A stretch of DNA of 58,385 bases from Methylocystaceae bacterium (GTDB taxonomy: Bacteria; Pseudomonadota; Alphaproteobacteria; Rhizobiales; Beijerinckiaceae): positions 1 through 58,385 of the forward strand of contig RFXM01000001.1 in NCBI GenBank assembly GCA_009921565.1, given 5' to 3'. Position 1 is the first letter of the stretch; every line of letters begins with the position of its first letter. Under the pieces are notes generated by a model. That model searched no databases. It had not been told where the DNA came from and saw nothing but the letters and a program-made list of their open reading frames with translations. A program made the position numbers and the translations under genes. Shown here one piece after another: positions 51,115 to 58,385 of this stretch.

Positions 51115-52461
51115 TTGATGACGAACGTTCAAGAAACCTTTGGCAATGATGTCCGTCGTCTTCGTCTAGATACGCTGATCTTTTTGCGATGGATCGCGAT
51201 TGCTGGACAAACAGCCGCCCTGGTGTTTGTGTATTTTATTTTAGGATTCGATTTTCCTGTTGGTCTGTGTTTCGTTTTTATCGTCGCTTCTGCAACATTA
51301 AATTTTGGTCTGCGCTTTGGCACTTCGCGCAGCTTTCGTCTTGGCGATATTGAGGCTGCGTTTCTGCTTGGCTACGATATTCTGCAGCTTGGCTTTTTGC
51401 TTTATCTTACCGGCGGCCTCACCAATGGCTTTGCGATGCTGTTTCTCGCTCCGGTAACAATTTCCGCGGTCTCTCTTCCAAGGAATTTGACATTTTTGCT
51501 TGGGGTTTCGATGCTTGTGGTCGCGACATTTCTTTTCGTTGATTACTTGCCCTTGCCCTGGCGAGAAAATGAAGCGCTTAAATTCCCTCCGCTCTATCGC
51601 GTCAGTATTTTAGCGGCGCTGGCGTTGAGCGCGAGCTTTATTGGCATCTATGCAGCCCGCGTAGCTGATGAAGCGCGCCTTTTAGAAACAGCGCTCTCTG
51701 CAACTGAACTTGTTTTAGCGCGCGAACAACATCTCTCCCAGCTTGACGGTTTAGCGGCGGCGGCGGCGCATGAACTGGGTACGCCGCTCGCCACCATCAC
51801 GCTGATTGTGAAAGAGCTACAAAAATCAGCTGACTCAACGCCTAGCCTCAGAGATGACCTTGCTTTGCTGGCGCAAGAATCTGCGCGCTGTCGAGAAATC
51901 CTGGGCAAGCTGAAATCGCTCAATTCAGAAGATGAAGGCGGCGTAATGAACATCCAATCTCTGGATACGCTGATTGAAGAGGTTGTTGAGCCGCAACGCG
52001 AATTCGACGTCGCGCTTGATGTTACCAAACGCGGCTCTTCAACGCCGCCTGCGCTCGCGCGTAATCCGGCAATTATTTATGGCCTGGGTAATTTGGTTGA
52101 AAACGCTATGGATTTTGCACATTCACGGGTGCGGGTAGACGCTGTATGGAATAATAATCTTGTCGCCATCACGATTGAGGACGATGGTCCGGGCTTTTCG
52201 CCAGATGTATTAGAGCGCCTTGGCGATCCCTACCTGCGTGGACGTCCCACAGACCGACGCACAAAGAAGGATATTGAATCTGGTCTTGGACTTGGTCTTT
52301 TCATCGCCAAAACGCTCCTAGAACGCTCAGGCGCGACAGTTGACACCATGAATGTTTCACCGCCCCGCACCGGCGCCATTGTCCGCGTTACCTGGCCGCG
52401 CTCAGCTTTGGAAATCACGCCCTCGAGCGCGCGAAACCGATCAATCGCCTTGAATGATTAG
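51115..52461 (+). CDS. regB: ActS/PrrB/RegB redox sensor histidine kinase
   Basis: LRWIAIAGQ, H-box AAAAHELGTPLATI, redox Cys in ARCREIL, NLVENA, DDGPGF and GLGLGLFI. Confidence 0.95.
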   Translation: MMTNVQETFGNDVRRLRLDTLIFLRWIAIAGQTAALVFVYFILGFDFPVGLCFVFIVASATLNFGLRFGTSRSFRLGDIEAAFLLGYDILQLGFLLYLTGGLTNGFAMLFLAPVTISAVSLPRNLTFLLGVSMLVVATFLFVDYLPLPWRENEALKFPPLYRVSILAALALSASFIGIYAARVADEARLLETALSATELVLAREQHLSQLDGLAAAAAHELGTPLATITLIVKELQKSADSTPSLRDDLALLAQESARCREILGKLKSLNSEDEGGVMNIQSLDTLIEEVVEPQREFDVALDVTKRGSSTPPALARNPAIIYGLGNLVENAMDFAHSRVRVDAVWNNNLVAITIEDDGPGFSPDVLERLGDPYLRGRPTDRRTKKDIESGLGLGLFIAKTLLERSGATVDTMNVSPPRTGAIVRVTWPRSALEITPSSARNRSIALND

Positions 52462-52518
52462 AGAGCCATCGACTCGCTGCAGACCCTAAGCTAAAAATAT
52501 CTCATCCAGGCGGAAACT

Positions 52519-53136
52519 ATGTCCCACTCTGATCACTCTGATAAACGCATGCCCCAGCATGAAGACACAGCGCCCCATCTCCAGCTGGATGAGGCGACGC
52601 CCGCCTTGCCCGGTGAGCTCACTCTGCTCATTCTTGATGACGATCGGCCTTTTTTGACGCGACTCACTCGCGCAATGGAAGCGCGCGGCTTTAGCGTCAC
52701 AGCCTGCGAAAGCGTGACGGAAGGACTTGCCGCGCTCGAAACAAAGCCGCCAGCCTTTGCGATCATCGATATGCGTCTTGGAGACGGCAATGGTCTTGAC
52801 GTTATTTCAAAGCTCAAATCAGCGCGTCCCGACGCGCGCGGCATTATCCTCACGGGTTATGGCAATATCGCCACCGCCGTTACTGCCGTAAAACTCGGCG
52901 CCTTTGACTATTTGGCAAAACCCGCAGATGCAGATGAAATTTATCATGCGCTGATGGCCACACAAATCGACAAGCCAGATGCGCAGGAGAATCCTATGTC
53001 GGCTGACCGCGTGCGCTGGGAGCATATACAACGGGTCTTTGAATCATGTGACCGCAATGTATCGGAAACCGCGCGGCGCTTGAACATGCACCGCCGCACG
53101 CTACAGCGTATTCTCGCAAAACGCGCTCCCCGGTAG
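52519..53136 (+). CDS. regA: ActR/PrrA/RegA response regulator
   Basis: PMSADRVRWEHIQRV and NVSETARRLNMHRRTLQRILAKRAP. Confidence 0.97.
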   Translation: MSHSDHSDKRMPQHEDTAPHLQLDEATPALPGELTLLILDDDRPFLTRLTRAMEARGFSVTACESVTEGLAALETKPPAFAIIDMRLGDGNGLDVISKLKSARPDARGIILTGYGNIATAVTAVKLGAFDYLAKPADADEIYHALMATQIDKPDAQENPMSADRVRWEHIQRVFESCDRNVSETARRLNMHRRTLQRILAKRAPR

Positions 53137-53288
53137 CTCAATGGCGCCTCCCCGCGGACAATTGCAGCATCGCCATCACCCGATATACGCCATGCATATC
53201 CTTAGAGGCGCATCAGTAAGCGCAAAAAGCGATAGACCACGAGTGTCTATGGTATAAGGATCAGCATGCAAAGGAACGGTTCGATACA

Positions 53289-54374
53289 ATGAAAAAGCTG
53301 ATATTTTCGCTTTTTATAACCTTCTGCAGCACGCTTACTCCAGCGCTCGCCGCTGAACGGATTGTCAATATTTTTAATTGGAGCGATTATATTGATCCCA
53401 GCGTCTTAGAGGATTTTACCCGAGAAACGGGCATTAAAGTTATTTATGACACCTATGATACAACAGATGCGCTTGAGGCGCGTCTCATCGCAAATCCGGG
53501 CGACTATGATCTCATCGTCCCTTCTGCGACCACTCTGCAAAGACTAATTCAAGCAGACGCCCTGCAAACTCTGGATAGAAAACGCCTAGCCAATGCAGTT
53601 AATATCTGGCCAGAGATCGATAATCGTCTGAGGCGTTTTGATCCAAACAATGCGCATGCTGTAAATTATCTCTGGTCAACCATCGGCGTTGGCTACAATG
53701 CTGCAAAATTAAAAGACCGCGCCGGTAAACCTATTGTAAGTTGGGATCAGGCGCTCAGGCCAGAAGGCTTAAAAAGATTCTCTGACTGCGGCGTTGGGAT
53801 CGCTGATAATCCCGACGAGATCCTGCCGATTGCGCTTAATTTGCTGAAGATTGATCCAAATTCAAAAAATCTGGATCAATTGCGTCGCGCTGCGGACCTT
53901 CTCTCTGGGCTTCGACGCTTGGTGAAAAAATTTGATGTTTTTGACTATAGCAATGCGCTCGCCTTTGGAGAGATGTGTTTTGCTGTGGGTCGCACGGGTG
54001 AGATTTTACAAGCGCGCGCGCGCGCCAAAGAGATAGGCCCAGACACAGACATCGTCGCAGTCCTTCCAAACGAAGGATCTTTGATGATCCTGGATAATCT
54101 CGCCATCCCACGCAATGCGCCACACGTTAATGAGGCATATGTATTTATTGATTATTTACTGCGTCCTGATGTGGCTGCGCGAAATGTTAAAGCGACAAAT
54201 TACGCGAGCGGCGTAGAGACGGCGCGGAACTTCCTCGACCCAGCCCTTGCAAATGACCCCGCCCTCTATCCGGATCAAGCGACACTGGCTCGTTTGTTTA
54301 CCGTCACAAGCGCAGATCAACCAACACGACAAAACATCAACCGACTTTGGACAAGCGTCAAAACAGGGCGCTAA
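53289..54374 (+). CDS. PotD/PotF-family periplasmic binding protein, orphan
   Basis: Signal peptide; NIFNWSDYIDP, YLWSTIGVGYN and DNLAIP. Confidence 0.88.
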   Translation: MKKLIFSLFITFCSTLTPALAAERIVNIFNWSDYIDPSVLEDFTRETGIKVIYDTYDTTDALEARLIANPGDYDLIVPSATTLQRLIQADALQTLDRKRLANAVNIWPEIDNRLRRFDPNNAHAVNYLWSTIGVGYNAAKLKDRAGKPIVSWDQALRPEGLKRFSDCGVGIADNPDEILPIALNLLKIDPNSKNLDQLRRAADLLSGLRRLVKKFDVFDYSNALAFGEMCFAVGRTGEILQARARAKEIGPDTDIVAVLPNEGSLMILDNLAIPRNAPHVNEAYVFIDYLLRPDVAARNVKATNYASGVETARNFLDPALANDPALYPDQATLARLFTVTSADQPTRQNINRLWTSVKTGR

Positions 54375-54403
54375 AAACTTCGGTCAAACTGGATTTTAGA
54401 AAA

Positions 54404-55912
54404 TCAAGACTCGCTTAAAATTCTTTTTAAGAGATCTATAACTTCAGATAGTCCCTTGTCCTTCGAGGCGAGTTCTTCAATTTTACGCACCGCATGGAGC
54501 ACAGTGGTGTGATCTCGGCCGCCAAATCGCCGGCCGATCTCTGGCAATGACCGCAGCGTTAAGACCTTCGATAAATACATGGCGATTTGTCTTGGCCGAA
54601 CAACATTGGCTGTGCGACGGGAAGAAAGAATATCAGCCCGAGAAATATTATAATGGCTCGCGACAAGCTTTTGGATGTCGTCGATCTTAACCCGACGCGG
54701 GTCTTGCGCGCGAACGAGATCTCGGATCGCCGCCTCAGCCGTCTCAACTGTTAGCGGCGCGCCGTTTAAGGTCACATGCGCCAATAAGCGGTTAATGGCT
54801 CCCTCCAGATCGCGGCCATTGGTGACAATCGTTCGCGCGACATAAGCGACGACGTCTGGCGGCACATGAAAGGTTGGATGCGCCTCGCGCGCTGTTGCTA
54901 TTCGGGTGCTTAAAATTTTATGACGCAAGGCCTCATCTAACGGCCCAATGTCAACGCAAAGTCCGCCCTTAAAGCGAGACAATACGCGCTCATCAAGGTT
55001 TTCGAGCTCTGAGGGGGGCCGATCTGCGGCGACGACAATCTGCCGTCCGGCGTCAATGAGGGCGTTAATTGTGTGACAAAATTCCTGCTGGATTGATTTC
55101 CCCTGAAGGAATTGGACATCGTCAATGATCAGAAGATCAATCGCCCGCAGCCGCTCCTTAAAAGCGATAGAGGTCTGAGCTGTTAAGGAAGAGACAAAAC
55201 CGCTCATGAAGCGTTCGGCTGTTAAATAGATTGCGCGGCGACGATTTTCATTTGCGGCATGGGCAAGGGCTTGGAGCAAATGCGTTTTACCTAAACCAAC
55301 GCCAGCATGCGCATAGAGCGGATTGAACATTGGGGTTTCGCCCGACCGCGCCTCAGCGACACGAGACGCCGCAGCGTAAGCCAACTGATTGGAAGGCCCG
55401 ACCAAGAAAGTTGAAAAGGATAAGCGACGATCTAACGGCGACCCAATAATCGCGCCATTTTCAACCCGCGCGGAAGGGCGCGGCGCACGGCGCTGTGACG
55501 GCGCGCCTGCACTAAAATCACTCTCTCCAAGAGAAGCGGTAAAAGCGGGCTTCTCAGTTATCGCCGCTGGCGTATGATCGAGAGTCTGATCGCCTTCGTT
55601 ATCGCGCGGCTTTGTCTTACGAGCGGAAGAGCGCACATCAATCAAAACGCGTTCGACGGATTTAAATTCACTGCCGACACGCGCTTTAATGCGCGAAGCA
55701 TAATGAGATTGCACCCAACTTTTCAAAAATTTTGTTGGCACTGTCAATTGCATCGTGCGGCCATCGATCCGATCAAGCTCGAGCCGCGTAAACCATGAAG
55801 TATAGACTGCCTCGCCCAATTCCGCCCGCAAACGATTTCTCACGCGCTCCCAGCGCGCTCGATCTTCAACAGCAATCCCCTCTTGCGTTGATTGATCCCG
55901 TTTATCCAACAT
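54404..55912 (-). CDS. dnaA: Chromosomal replication initiator DnaA
   Basis: [22 protein letters not shown] and [11 protein letters not shown]; AAGGCGG SD before ATG 55912. Confidence 0.98.
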   Translation of the reverse strand: MLDKRDQSTQEGIAVEDRARWERVRNRLRAELGEAVYTSWFTRLELDRIDGRTMQLTVPTKFLKSWVQSHYASRIKARVGSEFKSVERVLIDVRSSARKTKPRDNEGDQTLDHTPAAITEKPAFTASLGESDFSAGAPSQRRAPRPSARVENGAIIGSPLDRRLSFSTFLVGPSNQLAYAAASRVAEARSGETPMFNPLYAHAGVGLGKTHLLQALAHAANENRRRAIYLTAERFMSGFVSSLTAQTSIAFKERLRAIDLLIIDDVQFLQGKSIQQEFCHTINALIDAGRQIVVAADRPPSELENLDERVLSRFKGGLCVDIGPLDEALRHKILSTRIATAREAHPTFHVPPDVVAYVARTIVTNGRDLEGAINRLLAHVTLNGAPLTVETAEAAIRDLVRAQDPRRVKIDDIQKLVASHYNISRADILSSRRTANVVRPRQIAMYLSKVLTLRSLPEIGRRFGGRDHTTVLHAVRKIEELASKDKGLSEVIDLLKRILSES

Positions 55913-56045
55913 AGGCCGCCTTCTTGAGCGCAGTTTGAACATTAAAGCGCGCAAGCAGCGCGCCAGTTAAACGCTCAGATTAAGATTAAGATTAAGTGAT
56001 AGGAAACTGTCGATTTATTGAGCAAAAAAAGTTATAAATCATTCT

Positions 56046-56174
56046 TTACGTACAACTCGCCGAAAACTTAAGCATCGACATTAGTCTTGCAGGAAGCGCG
56101 AAAGCAGGAAAGTTAAAAGCGCCAGTCATCTTGAACGTTAAGCGGTAGATAAAAGCGCGCCAAAAGTTCAACAT
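56046..56174 (-). CDS. Putative 42-aa upstream ORF in the dnaA leader
   Basis: Perfect AAGGAGGT SD (56188-56181) 6 nt before ATG 56174; in frame with track ORF 56046..56258. Confidence 0.45.
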   Translation of the reverse strand: MLNFWRAFIYRLTFKMTGAFNFPAFALPARLMSMLKFSASCT

Positions 56175-56796
56175 GACAAGACCTCCTTCTTTCTTTACTT
56201 TTGCGTCAACCGCGCACGAAACCAACTCTGCACAACAGAGATGGTCAGACACCGACACTGCACACGATGACGCGCCGAGGGGATAAAAACAGAGCCTTTA
56301 TGTTTCGAATTTGATCACAGCAGAGAGACGAGATGGTTTCGCTCCAGAACACTGTCAACCAATCAAAGCAAACAAGATTATCTGTTTTCAACCGGCAAAA
56401 GAAAATTACACAAAGGCTGAGATGAGCGCAACGACTGAAATAAATTTCGTATAAATTTTACGAAGATGAAAGCGAAAAAAATTCTCTCAAAAACACGCCT
56501 TATGCCTAAGATTATGATTCACTACGCTTTAAAAAATTATGATCTCGATGAATGCGCATTTATGACATGGGCGCTCTGCTTCATCGCCGCCAAACTACAC
56601 TTCTTGTCAAGTGGCGCGCGTTGACTAATCAAAAGCAAGCTTAGTTGCAAAGGCTTGAAATCGAGACATCTTTCTTGCGCACGTCGTAAAACGCATAAAA
56701 AATTTTCACTATTGTGTCATTGTTGTTTGAGCTTTTCATCAACATCTTGAAATTAAGAAATGTTGAGCGTGCGCTTCTCCAAGACGCCGATTTTTA

Positions 56797-56829
56797 AAAA
56801 GAAAAAACCCGGCGCAAGACGCCGGGTTT
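56797..56829 (-). terminator. Intrinsic terminator of rpsT
   Basis: Minus strand reads AAACCCGGCG-TCTTG-CGCCGGGTTT followed by TTTCTTTT. Confidence 0.85.
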
Positions 56830-56875
56830 CTTAAGCTTACTAATGAGCCAATCGCAAAGATTGGCGAAGATCTCT

Positions 56876-57148
56876 TTAACCCTGCGCGGAGAGCGCTTTA
56901 ACGCGCGCCGTGAGGCGTGAAACTTTCCGGGACGCTGTATTCTTATGAACAACGCCATGCTGGGCTGCCCGCATGAGCTCTGGAGCCGCGCTATTCAACG
57001 CGTCGGCTGCAAGCTTTGCATCGCCGGCGGCGAGCGCCTCTTCAACCTTACGCAAAAAAGTGCGCATGCGGCTGCGGCGCGCTCTGTTGACAACCGTGCG
57101 CCGTTCAATCTTTCGAACGGCTTTCTTGGCCGACTTTGTATTGGCCAT
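56876..57148 (-). CDS. rpsT: 30S ribosomal protein S20
   Basis: [10 protein letters not shown] and [12 protein letters not shown]. Confidence 0.98.
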   Translation of the reverse strand: MANTKSAKKAVRKIERRTVVNRARRSRMRTFLRKVEEALAAGDAKLAADALNSAAPELMRAAQHGVVHKNTASRKVSRLTARVKALSAQG

Positions 57149-57231
57149 ATCTGTTATTTCCTCAAGGATCTAGGGGCGACCGATTGGCGCCAAAAACAAT
57201 AGGGCCGCGGAACCCGCAGCCAAGATGGAGG

Positions 57232-57261
57232 CTTATAAGCGCGCCTAAGGGCGTTCGTCAA
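57232..57261 (-). promoter_or_regulatory. Candidate sigma70 promoter of rpsT
   Basis: TTGACG-N18-TATAAG on the minus strand. Confidence 0.55.
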
Positions 57262-57269
57262 TGCTGGTT

Positions 57270-58043
57270 TTATCGATGTTTGAAGCTCGGTTTTCGCTTT
57301 TCAACAAAAGCCGACATGCCCTCTTTTTGGTCTTCCGTGGCGAATAAAGCATAGAACAAGCGACGCTCATATTTCACGCCTTCCGCCAGAGTGGTTTCAA
57401 AAGCTTGATTTACTGCGTCTTTCGCCAGCAAGACCGCAGGCAGCGACATCCCAGCGATAGATCCGGCCACTTTTAGGGCCTCTGCGACCAACGACTCAGC
57501 TGGCAGGACGCGGGCAACAAGACCTGCGCGCTCCGCCTCCTCCGCTCCCATCATTCGCCCGGTCAAGACCAAGTCCATCGCCTTGGCTTTACCGATAGCG
57601 CGGGTAAGACGCTGAGTCCCGCCAGCGCCGGGAATAACGCCCAACTTAATCTCAGGCTGGCCAAAATTAGCGTTATCCGCCGCCAAAATAAAATCACACA
57701 TCATCGCCAATTCACTCCCGCCCCCAAGCGCGAAACCCGCCACAGCGGCAATGATTGGCTTTCGAGCGCGGGCCACGCAGTCCCAGCGCGAGATAAAGTC
57801 TTGAAGCAAGGCGTCGACAAAGCTTTTGTCGCGCATTTCTTTGATGTCCGCGCCCGCGGCAAAAGCTTTTTCTGATCCTGTCAACACTATGCAGCCAATC
57901 GTTGGATCCGCCTCAAAAGCGGTTAGGGCTTGATCAAGCTCGCCAATCAATTGCTGGTTTAAGGCATTGAGCGCCTCAGGCCGATTTAAGCGCACTAAAG
58001 CGACGCGGTCGTGCGTTTCTATTTTTAAGGTCTCAAAAATCAC
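57270..58043 (-). CDS. Enoyl-CoA hydratase (crotonase family)
   Basis: [18 protein letters not shown] and FGQPEIKLG (both catalytic Glu present); usual neighbour of rpsT. Confidence 0.95.
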   Translation of the reverse strand: MIFETLKIETHDRVALVRLNRPEALNALNQQLIGELDQALTAFEADPTIGCIVLTGSEKAFAAGADIKEMRDKSFVDALLQDFISRWDCVARARKPIIAAVAGFALGGGSELAMMCDFILAADNANFGQPEIKLGVIPGAGGTQRLTRAIGKAKAMDLVLTGRMMGAEEAERAGLVARVLPAESLVAEALKVAGSIAGMSLPAVLLAKDAVNQAFETTLAEGVKYERRLFYALFATEDQKEGMSAFVEKRKPSFKHR

Positions 58044-58179
58044 CCCAGGGCCTCGCTCTATCAGTTAATTATTTTTTTATTTAATTGTTTATATATAGAT
58101 CAGTTCAATCGTCGGCCATCCCATGGTCTGAGCTTGCGTAAGCGCTGCATAAGCTAGAGGCTAAGACGGTAGGCTGTCG

Positions 58180-58385
58180 CTAAATATTAAAATCGCCCAG
58201 AAGCTCCAGTCTGTCTTTGTCCTCAAGCGCCAGGGCTCCAGTATAAAGCGTGTCCAAATTGATCCCGTCCAGATAGGCCAGCGCCCGCCCCTCCGCCTCC
58301 GCCAGTAAAGGATCCATCAGTTGATCTAATGGCGATGGCGCAGTTGCAGCTTCTTCGTCAACGCCGAGCGCCACTCGAATAATTT
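58180..58385 (-). CDS. C-terminal part of a probable Rrf2-family transcriptional regulator (truncated by the window)
   Basis: Frame is open to the window edge (IIRVALG...AEAE...LDGINLDTL...DFNI); resembles recalled C-termini of alphaproteobacterial Rrf2 proteins. Confidence 0.55.
   Translation of the reverse strand, partial: IIRVALGVDEEAATAPSPLDQLMDPLLAEAEGRALAYLDGINLDTLYTGALALEDKDRLELLGDFNI

Noticed and set aside
53153-53167. GCGGACAATTGCAGC as a RegA/RegR box
   Set aside because: Two mismatches to the recalled GCGRC-N5-GNCGC consensus in GC-rich DNA; not distinguishable from chance.
55913-56875. Long AT-rich rpsT-dnaA spacer as oriC
   Set aside because: No clear cluster of TTATCCACA-like boxes and few GANTC sites seen; Rhizobiales origins usually lie elsewhere (near hemE).
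63-57354. Many short overlapping or antisense ORFs in the track (e.g. 9195-9677, 24651-25199, 42422-42943)
   Set aside because: Shadows of well-supported genes, with no recognisable motifs.
1-58385. CRISPR arrays, tRNA/rRNA genes, transposases, prophage genes
   Set aside because: No regularly spaced repeats, cloverleafs or recombinase/transposase motifs were found by eye.

Overview
Gene-dense core-chromosome segment of a Hyphomicrobiales (Rhizobiales) methylotroph. The fhcBADC operon, pqqA and the PQQ/lanthanide-associated ABC transporter point to a Methylocystis-like organism, which is inference because no pmo/mxa/xox genes lie in the window. GC looks only about 50% in spot counts. Most genes are housekeeping: carB, greA, trxB, glyS, rsmI, hisD, purA, rlmH, rsfS, infC, glpD, sbcCD, dcd, metZ, argE, yajC-secDF, regBA, dnaA and rpsT. 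No rRNA, tRNA, CRISPR array or mobile element was seen. The most interesting signals are absent from the ORF track or hidden in motif changes. (1) An orphan pqqA precursor peptide is followed by a long terminator hairpin and, where pqqB normally sits, an atypical di-heme bCcP/MauG-family protein lacking the usual catalytic Glu, then a PedA1A2BC/Lut-like ABC transporter, all divergent from fhc. (2) A terminator/antiterminator leader sits directly before purA. (3) A Phe-rich upstream ORF with a perfect Shine-Dalgarno (SD) lies in the dnaA leader. (4) An anti-SD-loop sRNA lies upstream of rsfS. (5) There is a 28-aa membrane micropeptide. (6) A variant SAM-II-like element precedes metZ. (7) RegB has an altered quinone-binding motif. 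All calls come from reading the sequence and from recalled family motifs; no searches were run.
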